DNA of 32,000 nt from Edaphobacter aggregans (lineage in GTDB: Bacteria; Acidobacteriota; Terriglobia; Terriglobales; Acidobacteriaceae): assembly GCF_003945235.1 (NCBI RefSeq), contig NZ_RSDW01000001.1:2940001-2972000 (forward strand), read 5' to 3'. Positions 1-9,468 of the stretch are shown here, piece after piece. Position 1 is the first letter of the stretch, and each line of letters opens with the position of its first letter. The notes beneath the pieces were generated by a model. It was not told where the DNA came from. It worked only from the letters and a program-made list of their open reading frames with translations, and did no database searches. A program made the position numbers and the translations under genes.

Positions 1-3000
1 GTTGAAGGTCTCGGCCATCAGCTCCAGCTTGAGCCGTTCGTATATGGTGAAGCGCTTGGAGAGACGGAGATCCAACGTATTCGTGCTGGGCTGAGCGAGC
101 CCGTTGCGCTCGAAGCCCGGAACGCGGAAGGTACCGTTGGAGCCGTTGATGCCGCCGCCAATGGCGCTGAGGGTTGGGCTACCCGTGGCGACAAACGCCG
201 AGGAGAGTGTGCCGCTGGTGCCGATGGAGTAAGGGAATCCGCTCTGAAGCTGGAAGCTGGGAGCGAGTTCCCAGTCGTTGAGCAGATAGGCCATCCAGCC
301 GGTGTACTGCCATGGGGCAGTGCCGATGGCATTGAGCACGAAGCGGTTGGTGACGTTGGTGAGCGAGTTGCCATACTCTGCACGGAGGCTGGCAGGATCG
401 AGCAGGTTATTGGCCACGGTCGCGGTCTGGTTGTTCTGACCGAAGTCCAGCGCGTGGGACCAGGTGTAGTTTGCACTGAACGTGATGTGGTTGGAGAAGC
501 GGTGATTGATCTGCGCGACCATGCCCTGGTAGTTCGAATTGACGCCGCTGAAGATATCGGTCAAGGAACCGAAGGCGCAGTTTGGACGCTGGCTCACGCA
601 GGGTGATGCCGCGGTGTTGGGCAGTTTGGCATAGAACTTCGAGGTGTAGGTTGAGCCTGCCGCGAGAGGACCTTTACCAGAGGTATCGACGACGCTGTAG
701 GTGACGGTGGTTGGAGCCGGCAGATTGACGTCGACGAAGTTTTGCAGCCTGCGGCCCCAGGTTCCCAGGTACGACATGCTGAATACTGTGTTCCAGCCCA
801 AGTCCTGCTCGACCGTGAGGTTAGCCTGGTGGATCTGAGGGGCCTTGAAGTTGGGATCGAAGAAGACGGAGTTCGGCGCACCTGCGAGGCTTCCGGTCGC
901 GATGATCTGTGGGAAGGGAGGCGCGGCGGCTGAGGTAGCCGTTGGGCTTACCGTGAACTGACCGGCCGCTGAACCTGTGCTGGTGAGGGCGTTGTAGATG
1001 GTGCCGTTGAGAATACGGGCGAAGAACATGCCATAGCCGCCGCGAATCACGGTCTTGTTGCTGCCGAAGACGTCGTAGGCAAATCCCAGGCGTGGACCAA
1101 CGTTGGTGTTGTTGCTGGGGAAGACGCCGGTCTGGGGAAGAGAGGGAATGACGAGAGAGCTGACGGGCGAGGGTAGCTGCTCGAACTCGTAGCGTAACCC
1201 GACGGTGAGGGTCAGCTTGGGTGTGGCTCTGAAGTTGTCTTCTGCGAAGAAGCCAAAGTCGGAGGTCTGGAACTCGAGACCCGGAATGCCAAAGCCCTGG
1301 ACGTAGCTACTGAAGTTTTTCGCGCGGGCGCGATTGGCGGGATTGGGATCCTGGGAGAGATAGAAGTCGGTGAAGTAGCTGGGGAGACTGGAGTAGCTGT
1401 AGACACCGAAGCCGGAGAAGAGATTGTTGACGATGTCGTTGGTGTGGATGTAGTCGCCACCGAACTTGAAGTTGTGGCGTCCGTGGACCCAGTTGACGGT
1501 ATCGGCAACCTGCCAGCGGCGTTCGTCGGGGAGCGCCTGGCGGTTCAGGAAGTTCGGTGTACCAAAGGTGAAGCCATTGGTGATGGTAACGCTGGGAGGC
1601 AGGCCGAGGGGATTGGTGTATGCGCCGCCGGGGGTGGGACCTACGAGATTGGTTTGCTCGTAGGGAGTCGGCGTCTGATTGAACTCGAATTCGAAGTCGC
1701 GTCCGTACTGGTAACGGATCTCGTTGGTGATGTGGCTGGTAATGACGGTGTCGAGCTTCGCGATGCCGAAGGTCACGCGGACGTAGTCGTTGCCGAAGCT
1801 GGCGATGCCATCGGTGACTGTAGAGGCCGTCTGAATGCCAGCCGGGGAGGACCAGCGCAGACGGTTGACCTCGAACGAAGCGTGATTGCGGGAGTTGATC
1901 TGCCAGTCGATCTTGGGGAAGAGGATGGTCTGGTCGCCACGGCGCGGTACGGTGCCGAGCATCGTGTTGAGGCCAGTGAGGCCGTTGATGTAGTTGTTGG
2001 CGGCCGCAGTATATGTCGGGAGGTTAAGGTTGGTTTGCAGGGTGCAGGCCGCGGCGTCGATGGTGCTGGGGGCGGCGCCACCGGTTCCACCGCAGACTTT
2101 ACCGGCGGGCAAAGTGGTATCGGGAAGGGTAAAGAAGCTGCCCGGATTGCTGGCGACTCCAACACCGGGGAAGTTGCGCTGGAAGCCGTCACCGGCGAAG
2201 AAGAAGAAGAGCTTGTCTTTGAAGATGGGGCCGCCGATGGCTCCGCCGAACTGCTTGCGGACGTCGGTGGGCTTGAAGTTTTGCGCGACGAAGGGGCCGC
2301 CGGGGGTCAACTGGACGCTGCGGGTGGTGAAGGCGTTGGCCGCGCCCCAGGAGGCGTCGCGATCGGTGAAGTAGAGCTCACCGTGGATCTGGTTGCCGCC
2401 GCTCTTGGTGACGGAGTTGACGACGCCGCCAGCCGAACGGCCGTACTCGGCGGTGTAGTTGGAGGTGTTGACCTGAAACTCCTGAACGGCGGCCTTTGCG
2501 GTGGAGTAACCGGCGCGGGTGCGTCCACGCTCTTCGGAGAAGTAGCCCTGGTTGTCGTCGGCGCCGTCGATGGTGACGTTGTTCAAGAGGGTGCTCTGAC
2601 CGCGGAAGCTGAGGAGGCCGAAGCCGCTGGTGTCGCTGACAACGGCGGGCGTGAGCAGCGCATAGGACGACCAGCGGTAGTTGTTGACGGGAAGATCGCG
2701 GAGGACACGCTGGTCGATGAGACCGCCAAAGTCGGGAGAGGTGGTATTGATGGCCGGCGACTCGCTGAGAACTTCAACCGTTTCGGTTGCGCCGCCAACG
2801 GGGAGCTTCGGCGTGATATCGGTCAATAGGCCGACCTGGACGATGACTTCAGGCGACTTGAATGTCTGGAAGCCCTGCGCTGTCACCGTTACGGTGTAGG
2901 TGGAGGGTTGAAGATGAATCACGCGGAAGAAGCCCTGCGAATCTGATACCGTCGTCGCCTCGGCGTTCGTTGTGTTGGAGCGGACGACGATCGTTGCGGC

Positions 3001-3135
3001 TGGAATCGCGCCGCCTGTTGTGTCCTGTACTGTGCCGCCTATGGCTCCGTCCACCGCCGATTGTCCATAGGATGGGACTGCGAAACCGACGCAGAAGATT
3101 GCAACGAGTGCCCATTGGGTGATTTGCTTAATCAT
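1..3135 (-). CDS. TonB-dependent outer-membrane receptor with N-terminal carboxypeptidase-regulatory-like domain; partial, C-terminus lies beyond the left edge
   Basis: Not in the ORF track because there is no stop inside the window. My reverse-strand translation starts at ATG (complement of 3133-3135), preceded by AAGGAG (complement of 3143-3148). It gives MIKQITQWALVAIFCVGFAVPSYGQSAVDGAIGGTVQDTTGGAIPAATIVVRSNTTNAEATTVSDSQGFFRVIHLQPSTYTVTVTAQGFQTF. The same frame reads NYTAEYGRSAGGVVNSVTKS at 2401-2460, which compares with SAEYGRSGGAVVNLVTKSGTN in the 10186-13485 paralogue. It reads AYDVFGSNKTVIRGGYGMFF at 1021-1080 and LDLRLSKRFTIYERLKLELMAETFN at the left edge, both barrel-strand like. I spot-checked the frame but did not translate all of it. 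Confidence 0.85.
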   Translation of the reverse strand, partial: MIKQITQWALVAIFCVGFAVPSYGQSAVDGAIGGTVQDTTGGAIPAATIVVRSNTTNAEATTVSDSQGFFRVIHLQPSTYTVTVTAQGFQTFKSPEVIVQVGLLTDITPKLPVGGATETVEVLSESPAINTTSPDFGGLIDQRVLRDLPVNNYRWSSYALLTPAVVSDTSGFGLLSFRGQSTLLNNVTIDGADDNQGYFSEERGRTRAGYSTAKAAVQEFQVNTSNYTAEYGRSAGGVVNSVTKSGGNQIHGELYFTDRDASWGAANAFTTRSVQLTPGGPFVAQNFKPTDVRKQFGGAIGGPIFKDKLFFFFAGDGFQRNFPGVGVASNPGSFFTLPDTTLPAGKVCGGTGGAAPSTIDAAACTLQTNLNLPTYTAAANNYINGLTGLNTMLGTVPRRGDQTILFPKIDWQINSRNHASFEVNRLRWSSPAGIQTASTVTDGIASFGNDYVRVTFGIAKLDTVITSHITNEIRYQYGRDFEFEFNQTPTPYEQTNLVGPTPGGAYTNPLGLPPSVTITNGFTFGTPNFLNRQALPDERRWQVADTVNWVHGRHNFKFGGDYIHTNDIVNNLFSGFGVYSYSSLPSYFTDFYLSQDPNPANRARAKNFSSYVQGFGIPGLEFQTSDFGFFAEDNFRATPKLTLTVGLRYEFEQLPSPVSSLVIPSLPQTGVFPSNNTNVGPRLGFAYDVFGSNKTVIRGGYGMFFARILNGTIYNALTSTGSAAGQFTVSPTATSAAAPPFPQIIATGSLAGAPNSVFFDPNFKAPQIHQANLTVEQDLGWNTVFSMSYLGTWGRRLQNFVDVNLPAPTTVTYSVVDTSGKGPLAAGSTYTSKFYAKLPNTAASPCVSQRPNCAFGSLTDIFSGVNSNYQGMVAQINHRFSNHITFSANYTWSHALDFGQNNQTATVANNLLDPASLRAEYGNSLTNVTNRFVLNAIGTAPWQYTGWMAYLLNDWELAPSFQLQSGFPYSIGTSGTLSSAFVATGSPTLSAIGGGINGSNGTFRVPGFERNGLAQPSTNTLDLRLSKRFTIYERLKLELMAETFN

Positions 3136-3470
3136 TTTTGGTCTCCTTAGAGTGATACCTGCCGTCCACACCAGGTCGCGCTTCAGATCAACGGCTGAGG
3201 TCGTGCTTATGGTTTTGTGGCCTATCGTGCGGGGCTTGTCGTGGGGTTTGCGCTCGGGCCGGTCGTCAGGCCTGTTGATCGAGACTACCCTCTAGCCTTA
3301 TGCGCTTTAGAATTGCATACCGCGATGAATGCACGGTAAACCGTTCAAAAGGGGCCGAATCGCTTTCGTGTCGTGAGATCAGGCGTCGCCGTAATGAGCA
3401 GAGCCGATTCACCTTGCGATTGTGTATGCCAGCAGTTTAGCCCTTCGCCTAGTACACTGGATACTGAAAA

Positions 3471-4571
3471 ATGTTTATTGATGAAGCGCGAATCCGCATA
3501 AAGGCCGGTGATGGCGGCAATGGCTGCATGGCGTTTCGCCGTGAGAAGTTCGTTCCGCGGGGAGGTCCGTCGGGCGGCGACGGCGGCCATGGCGGCGATA
3601 TTTTGATGTCGTCGTCGTTGAGCCACAATACTTTGGTCCACTTTCGGTTCAACCCCGAACATAAGGCTCAGCGCGGCGGGCATGGGCTTGGGTCGAACTG
3701 CTCCGGGTATGCCGGGGAGTCGACTACGCTGAAGGTGCCGGTGGGGACGCTGCTGTATAACGACGAGACGGGCGAGCTGATCCACGACTTTGCGCGGCCC
3801 AATGAGACGATCGTTATCGCCAAGGGCGGGCGCGGGGGACGGGGGAATCAGCACTTTGCTACGTCGACGCATCAGGCTCCCAGGGAGCATGAGCTGGGTC
3901 GGGCGGGGGAAGAGCGTACGTATCGGCTGGAGCTGCGCCTGCTCGCGGATGCGGGGCTGGTGGGGTATCCAAATGTCGGGAAGTCGACGCTGATTTCGAG
4001 GCTTTCGGCGGCTCGGCCTAAGATTGCGAACTACGCGTTTACTACGCTGGAGCCGAATCTGGGCGTTGTGTCGGTGGGGGAGTGGCCGCATGAGCAGTCG
4101 TTTACGGTGGCCGATCTGCCGGGACTGATTGAAGGCGCGCATCTCGGCGCTGGGCTGGGGATTCAGTTTTTGAAGCATATCGAGCGGACGAGCGTCATTG
4201 TTCATCTGGTGGATGTGTCGGACGCGAGCAATCGGCCTGATCCGGTTGAGGACTTCAAGGTGATTACGGAGGAGCTGCGTAGCTTCGATCCTGCGCTTGT
4301 TACGCGGCCTACGGTTCTGGTCGCGGCCAAGGCTGATGTTGCGAATCCGGACAAGCTGAAGAAGCTGACTACGTTTGCCAAACGGCGGAAGCTGCCGTTT
4401 TATGTCATCTCTGCGGTAACAGGTGAGGGAGTCGAGGCGCTCAAGTTTGGGATTGCCGAGCTGGTTGCGATTCATCGGCCTGTGAGCATTGAGACGGAGG
4501 CACCTGCTCCTGTGAAGCTCAAGCCTAACTATCCGCCTCCGCCCAGTTCTGCTCGTCGTCGTAGTTCCTAA
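3471..4571 (+). CDS. obg: GTPase Obg/CgtA
   Basis: The N-terminus [44 protein letters not shown] is the glycine-rich Obg fold. The G domain has [10 protein letters not shown] (G1), DLPGLIEGA (G3) and AAKAD (G4). Confidence 0.95.
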   Translation: MFIDEARIRIKAGDGGNGCMAFRREKFVPRGGPSGGDGGHGGDILMSSSLSHNTLVHFRFNPEHKAQRGGHGLGSNCSGYAGESTTLKVPVGTLLYNDETGELIHDFARPNETIVIAKGGRGGRGNQHFATSTHQAPREHELGRAGEERTYRLELRLLADAGLVGYPNVGKSTLISRLSAARPKIANYAFTTLEPNLGVVSVGEWPHEQSFTVADLPGLIEGAHLGAGLGIQFLKHIERTSVIVHLVDVSDASNRPDPVEDFKVITEELRSFDPALVTRPTVLVAAKADVANPDKLKKLTTFAKRRKLPFYVISAVTGEGVEALKFGIAELVAIHRPVSIETEAPAPVKLKPNYPPPPSSARRRSS

Positions 4572-4674
4572 CCCTGCGACGGGCCCGAACCGTCTCCAAA
4601 GAGGTTCCGCTTAGAACAATATGCAAAACTTTGCGCTAGCCATGGGGTAGCCTTATATCAGAGGCCCTCCCCCC

Positions 4675-5205
4675 ATGAATACTTGCAAGAGTCTCCTGTA
4701 TCGTAAGTTCGCTCTTCTTTCAGCGGTGTTTGTTCTTCTCTTGGGCACCAGCGTCGCACGTGCACAGCTAGCCTTCTATGGAGGCTTCAGCGGAGGCCCG
4801 GTGGGCGGAACCGGCGTCTCCGCAGCCTATGGGCCTGTTGTGGGCGCCTACCTTCAGAGTGGACGATTCATCGCATTCTCCTTGGGTGGCGATGCGCGTG
4901 GCACGTTTCTGTCACACTCGGGCTTCCACTACTACACCGGAGCCGCGGGGCCGCGACTGGCATTCAGAGCACCGATCCTTCCGCTGCGACCTTACGTCGA
5001 AGGCCTGGTTGGAGCGGCCAACTTCAATAACGGCAGCGGCACGTCGAGCTCAACCAAGTTCAACTATCAGGTGATCGGCGGGCTGGACTCCACCATCCTC
5101 CCGCACCTCGACTGGCGCGTCATCGAATTCGCTTACAGCGGCGTGTCGGGCAGTCCTATCGACGCCAAGATATTCACTACCGGTCTCGTGCTGCGTCTCT
5201 GGTAA
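4675..5205 (+). CDS. Small outer-membrane beta-barrel protein (OmpW/OmpA-barrel-like, about 8 strands)
   Basis: There is a signal peptide ending VARAQ. The body has alternating hydrophobic, Gly/Tyr-rich strands, and the C-terminus GLVLRLW ends in an aromatic residue as in OM barrels. No specific family was identified. Confidence 0.6.
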   Translation: MNTCKSLLYRKFALLSAVFVLLLGTSVARAQLAFYGGFSGGPVGGTGVSAAYGPVVGAYLQSGRFIAFSLGGDARGTFLSHSGFHYYTGAAGPRLAFRAPILPLRPYVEGLVGAANFNNGSGTSSSTKFNYQVIGGLDSTILPHLDWRVIEFAYSGVSGSPIDAKIFTTGLVLRLW

Positions 5206-5325
5206 CGGCGGGATCGACCAAGGATGATCGCGGGACAGCGCGGATCAAGGCAGCGACCGGATGATTGATCCGTGCCGCTCCGCGTCCCTCCGTCGTCGCA
5301 GCCTAAGGTACGATTGCTGGCAGCC

Positions 5326-5925
5326 ATGCGCGTAGCCCTCTTCGGCGGCACCTTTGACCCGCCCCACCTCGGCCATATCGGTATTGCACGAGCGGCCGCG
5401 GACGCCTTCCGACTGGACGCTGTTTTGTTCGCGCCCGCCGGCCGCCAACCGCTCAAGGCAGACGGCCATGCGACCCCGTTTGACGACCGTTTCGCAATGG
5501 CTGCACTTGCCTGCGCGGCGGATCCCCGTTTTGTTGCCTCTGTCCTCGATGCGCCACGCCCAGATGGCGGGCCTAACTACACTGTCGACACTCTCGAAGA
5601 CCTTCAACGGCAGATGCCGGGCGCGACCCTGTTCAGCCTTGCCGGGGCTGACAGCTTTCTGAGCCTGCCCCGGTGGCGCGATCCTGCCCGCTTGCTTGAG
5701 CTGGCCGAGTGGATTGTGGTCAGCCGCCCCGGTTATCCGCTCGACGACCTATCGACGCTTGGGCTTACTTCCGAACAGCGCGCCCGCGTTCACCTGCTCG
5801 AGACGATTCACTATGACATTGCGGCAACCGACCTGCGCGAGCGGCTACACGGCGGCGACCCCTGCACCGATCTGCTGCCTCCGCCCATTGCAGACTATAT
5901 TCAGACCCATCACCTCTACCGCTAA
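5326..5925 (+). CDS. nadD: Nicotinate-nucleotide adenylyltransferase
   Basis: MRVALFGGTFDPPHLGHIGIA carries the (H/T)xGH nucleotidyltransferase motif at the usual N-terminal position, and ISATDLR-like IAATDLRERL lies near the C-terminus. The track ORF starts at 5272. I prefer the in-frame ATG at 5326 because NadD proteins normally begin just before GGTFDPxH. Confidence 0.88.
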   Translation: MRVALFGGTFDPPHLGHIGIARAAADAFRLDAVLFAPAGRQPLKADGHATPFDDRFAMAALACAADPRFVASVLDAPRPDGGPNYTVDTLEDLQRQMPGATLFSLAGADSFLSLPRWRDPARLLELAEWIVVSRPGYPLDDLSTLGLTSEQRARVHLLETIHYDIAATDLRERLHGGDPCTDLLPPPIADYIQTHHLYR

Positions 5926-6156
5926 ATGCTTTCTTTTCAGGCTCCCGACCACTTCGGGAATTTCTCCCGCTTTCCTGGTGAATCCTCCTGATGCTTTTTA
6001 CGGATGAACCGATGAATACGGCAGATGAATCCTTCAGGCAGTGCACCCAAGTGGTCACCTATAAAGAGTTACGCCACCGCGAAACTTATGTCCCCATCAC
6101 GTGTTCCGTTTATCTAAGCACGAAATAGGCCCCAATCCTTCGAGCTCCAAGGGGAG

Positions 6157-6384
6157 ATGATGATTCACAAATTGAAATACTTCACTGTTACTCTGGCCCT
6201 TTTTCTGGCCCTCGGTATGTTTCTGGAACGGCCTGCGTACGCCTACGTCGATCCGGGCTCCAGTCTTCTCGTGTTTCAGAGCATCAGCGCGATGATTACA
6301 GGTGCTCTGTTCTACTTCCGCCGCCGTCTGAAGGCGCTCATTACCAGAACTCCAGTCAACCCTGCCAATACCCGCGAAAAGTAG
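6157..6384 (+). CDS. Small (75 aa) membrane protein, two hydrophobic segments, function unknown
   Basis: MMIHKLKYFTVTLALFLALGMFLERPAYAYVDPGSSLLVFQSISAMITGALFYFRRRLKALI has a signal/TM segment, a DPGSS turn, a second TM and a basic tail. GGGGAG sits immediately upstream (6151-6156), so ATG 6160 is an alternative start. The stop lies 7 nt before the next gene. Confidence 0.5.
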   Translation: MMIHKLKYFTVTLALFLALGMFLERPAYAYVDPGSSLLVFQSISAMITGALFYFRRRLKALITRTPVNPANTREK

Positions 6385-6391
6385 TGTCGCG

Positions 6392-7780
6392 ATGGCCGAT
6401 CTCATTTCGTTTCCCATCCTTCCGACCTTCCGTGATCCCGCAGGAAGCGTAGAGATAAGGCCCGACGGTGCCTATCGTAGGATCCGTGCGCCTTTTGACG
6501 CGGAGATTCTCTCCTTCCTCTCGCTTCCCCTTGCCTCCGAACTGGTTGCCGATGGCCGGCTCGTCGCCAGCGAGGTTCTGACGGCCCCCACCGAGACTCT
6601 TGTTCTCCGCCACCCTCGCGTCTCGTTCCAGTCTTACCCCTGGGAGTGGCCGCCTGCCCTTTGGCTCGCCGCAGCCGAACTTACCCTTAACCTTTGCAGC
6701 GATCTGGTCAACGAAGGCTGGCTCCTGAAGGATGCAACGCCGCTGAACGTTCTGTTTCAGGGCATGCGGCCTGTCTTTGTCGATGTCCCTTCCATTCAGC
6801 GAGCGCCGCCCAACCAATCCATCTGGTACCCCTACGGGCAGTTTGTGCGGACTTTTCTGCTTCCTATGCTCGCCCACTCGCAGCTTGGATGGCCCCTGCA
6901 GGTTGCGCTGAACCGCCGAGACGGCTACGAGCCGGAGGAGATCTTCTCAGCTCTTTCGTGGCCCGCACGGCTTCGTCGGCCAGCCCTTTCTGCAGTGACT
7001 CTTCCTACACTGCTTTCGCGGAGAGCGCACCGCGACACAGAAGGCCTCGCGAACCATACCGTACAGGACCCCGAGCTCGCCAGGCACGTCATCCTCAAGA
7101 CCCTCCGCACGCTTCTGTCGCAGATGCGGCGGGCAACGCCGACCTATCGCGCCTCCACGTGGAGCGACTACGCCGAGACTGCGACTCACTATTCCGAGAC
7201 AGATCACGCCAGCAAGAGGGCTTTTGTCGCGGCGGCTCTCGAAGCGGCTCAACCCGCGCGCGTTCTCGACGCAGGCTGCAATACCGGCGTCTACTCGATG
7301 CTCGCCGCGGATACAGGCGCCGAGGTGGTGGCGATCGATACGGATCTCCAGGCAGTCGACCGGCTGTGCGCGACGCTCAAAGGCAGCGGAAAGAATATCC
7401 TTCCGCTCTGCGTCGATCTCGCGCACCCCACGCCAGCTTCCGGCTGGGAGAACCGCGAGACCGCGTCGTTCCTCAGCCGCTGCACCGGTCACTTCGATAC
7501 GGTGATGATGCTCGCTGTCATCCATCATCTTCTGCTGGGCAGCCAGATCCCGATGGATCGCGTTGCCGCTCTGTGCAGTGACCTCACCACGGGCCACCTG
7601 ATCCTCGAGTGGGTCCCTCCGACGGATATCAAATTCAGGGAGCTTCTCCGCGGCCGCGACGACATCTACGCCCACATCACCGAGGTTGCGTTTCGCGATG
7701 CGTTTGCGAAGCACTTCACCACTGTCGGCGAGAGGACGCTATCCAACGGCCGCATCCTGCTTCATCTCGAGAAACGATAA
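6392..7780 (+). CDS. Class I SAM-dependent methyltransferase with a roughly 280-aa N-terminal domain of unknown function
   Basis: SAM motif I VLDAGCNTGVYS is followed by VVAIDTD (acidic loop) and LAVIHHL. The N-terminal half carries YPWEWP, LKDATPLNVLF and FVDVPS signatures, which I recognise only as a recurrent uncharacterised methyltransferase architecture. Confidence 0.8.
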   Translation: MADLISFPILPTFRDPAGSVEIRPDGAYRRIRAPFDAEILSFLSLPLASELVADGRLVASEVLTAPTETLVLRHPRVSFQSYPWEWPPALWLAAAELTLNLCSDLVNEGWLLKDATPLNVLFQGMRPVFVDVPSIQRAPPNQSIWYPYGQFVRTFLLPMLAHSQLGWPLQVALNRRDGYEPEEIFSALSWPARLRRPALSAVTLPTLLSRRAHRDTEGLANHTVQDPELARHVILKTLRTLLSQMRRATPTYRASTWSDYAETATHYSETDHASKRAFVAAALEAAQPARVLDAGCNTGVYSMLAADTGAEVVAIDTDLQAVDRLCATLKGSGKNILPLCVDLAHPTPASGWENRETASFLSRCTGHFDTVMMLAVIHHLLLGSQIPMDRVAALCSDLTTGHLILEWVPPTDIKFRELLRGRDDIYAHITEVAFRDAFAKHFTTVGERTLSNGRILLHLEKR

Positions 7781-7782
7781 GA

Positions 7783-9372
7783 ATGAAACTGCTGACCCAT
7801 CCGGCGGTCACCGCGCTAGGAGTGACTACGCTATTTCTTCTTGGCTTGATTGGCCCACTCATTGCGCCGTCGCATCTTGCTCTTTATCACCTCAGCGGGT
7901 CGACCTCATCGATTTTTCTGTCGGTTCTCCTGAACGTGCTCTTCGTTTGGCTGCTGCTGACAGGGCTGCTCTTTTGGGCACAGAGACCGGGATGGCCGCG
8001 TGTCTTCATCTGGTCCAGCCTCACACTAGCCACACCTTGGATACTGGTAAAAGAATATGCAGTCCTGACTGATTGGACGATACCTCATGCGTTGAGTATG
8101 TTCGTCTTCCTTGCATGTCTGATCGCTCTCGTCTCTCTCCTGCTTTTGTGGAGGCCGGCGTACGTTCCTTCCTTCGAACGCGCACAACACTTCGTAGCCA
8201 CGCTGTTAGGATTCGCTGCTCTCAGCGGTGTGCTCTTTGTGAGCCAGCTGATGTGGTTCGCATGGAAGGCACGTTCGCTCAACGTTCCTCGCCCCCTGCA
8301 CTGGCGTCAGACGGCATCTTCGTCCCAGCCGACGAAGACGCGAGTGATCTGGCTGCTGCTCGACGAACTTTCCTATCAACAGGTCTATGAGCAACGTTTC
8401 CCCGGGCTAAACCTCGACGCCTTCGACCAACTCGCCGCTCAGTCGACAGTCTTCACCCATGCTGTTCCGACTGCCAGCTACACTGAAATAGCTGTTCCAT
8501 CTCTGATGACTGGGGTACCTACTGATCGCGTCAGGTCATCCCCCGATGGATTCCTCAGCTTGCACAACGCGCGAACAAATAAGTGGCAGCCCTTTGATCC
8601 CCACGAGACGATCTTTCAGGACGCCCTGACGCAAGGCTATCGCACGGGCATCGCCGGGTGGTTCAACCCCTACTGCCGCATTCTGCCCTCGGTTCTCGAC
8701 CGATGCTTTTGGACTGACAGCAGCGCTCGTGTCGAGTCTGACCTCGACACAGGGCAGCCTTTCGCAAAAGCATTACTGGCTCCCATAGGCTGGTTCTATA
8801 ACGCCGCAAAATTGTTCGTCCGAGGAAGGACGAGACAAGATCAGGAGTCTGAATTTGAAGCCCGGCTTCACATTGTTGACTACCGCGACCTCTCTGCTGC
8901 CACCGACCAACTTCTCGATGACTCATCGATCGACTTCGTATTCCTGCACCTGCCGGTGCCTCATCCGGGCGGGATCTATGACCGCAAGACAACCAGCTTC
9001 AGCATCCACAACTCCTCCTATATCGACAACCTCGCCCTTGCCGACAAGAGCCTCGCTCACGTTCGACACCTGCTCGAGCAAAACGGCACATGGGATTCAT
9101 CCGCAGTGATCGTGATGGGAGACCACTCGTGGAGAACGGCGCTTCTGTGGTCAGATAGTCCAACCTGGACCCACGAGGATCAGGTAGCCAGCCACGGCGG
9201 TCAGTTTGATGATCGTCCCGGTTATATCGTCAAGATGCCCTTCCAGCAAACACCGTCGCGTGTAGGTTCTCGTTTCGCCGCCATTCATACTCGTGCCCTG
9301 CTTGATGGGATTATCGACGGCAGACTCAAAACAGCGGACGATCTTGCCGCGTGGGCTGCACAACAACCCTGA
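7783..9372 (+). CDS. Membrane-anchored alkaline-phosphatase-superfamily (sulfatase-like / LtaS-EptA-type) transferase
   Basis: About five N-terminal TM helices run from MKLLTHPAVTALGVTTLFLLGLIG to FVSQLMWFAW. They are followed by VIWLLLDELS, PTASYTEIAVPSLMTG, FVFLHLPVPH and VIVMGDHSW, which are metal-ligand and nucleophile motifs of the superfamily. The track ORF starts at 7609, inside the previous gene. ATG 7783 lies 2 nt after that gene's stop and opens directly onto the first TM helix. Confidence 0.75.
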   Translation: MKLLTHPAVTALGVTTLFLLGLIGPLIAPSHLALYHLSGSTSSIFLSVLLNVLFVWLLLTGLLFWAQRPGWPRVFIWSSLTLATPWILVKEYAVLTDWTIPHALSMFVFLACLIALVSLLLLWRPAYVPSFERAQHFVATLLGFAALSGVLFVSQLMWFAWKARSLNVPRPLHWRQTASSSQPTKTRVIWLLLDELSYQQVYEQRFPGLNLDAFDQLAAQSTVFTHAVPTASYTEIAVPSLMTGVPTDRVRSSPDGFLSLHNARTNKWQPFDPHETIFQDALTQGYRTGIAGWFNPYCRILPSVLDRCFWTDSSARVESDLDTGQPFAKALLAPIGWFYNAAKLFVRGRTRQDQESEFEARLHIVDYRDLSAATDQLLDDSSIDFVFLHLPVPHPGGIYDRKTTSFSIHNSSYIDNLALADKSLAHVRHLLEQNGTWDSSAVIVMGDHSWRTALLWSDSPTWTHEDQVASHGGQFDDRPGYIVKMPFQQTPSRVGSRFAAIHTRALLDGIIDGRLKTADDLAAWAAQQP

Positions 9373-9468
9373 CGCCCAACCTTGACGCAGCTTCGCGCAT
9401 CCCATCCGCAATACAGCAAGTGGCAACAACGGCCGCAACCCGCTACCATGGAAACTCCAAGGAGCCGC

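Noticed and set aside
1444-2829. A 461-aa plus-strand ORF (and smaller ones at 18-476, 1773-2192 and 2307-2528) overlapping the left-edge region
   Set aside because: It lies antisense or out of frame to a reverse-strand reading frame that translates into unmistakable TonB-dependent receptor motifs. The 461-aa product is Gly/Ala/Val/Asp low-complexity, typical of open antisense frames in high-GC genes.
3136-3470. The 335-nt divergent spacer between the left receptor and obg, considered as a possible riboswitch or ncRNA
   Set aside because: I read both strands and found only short 5-6 bp complementary segments and no recognisable conserved RNA motif. It is most simply two divergent promoters and leaders.
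3345-4475. A 376-aa minus-strand ORF opposite obg
   Set aside because: Its composition is Arg/Pro/Gln-rich with no motifs. The plus-strand frame encodes a textbook Obg GTPase.
6012-6128. A 38-codon ORF (MNTADESFRQCTQVVTYKELRHRETYVPITCSVYLSTK) just upstream of the three-gene module, considered as a possible leader or precursor peptide. Three GATGAA repeats lie around 6003-6030.
   Set aside because: It has no Shine-Dalgarno-like sequence, and its third-position GC (22 of 38 by my count) is not distinctive. I have no conservation evidence. It should be revisited only if comparative or Ribo-seq data support it.
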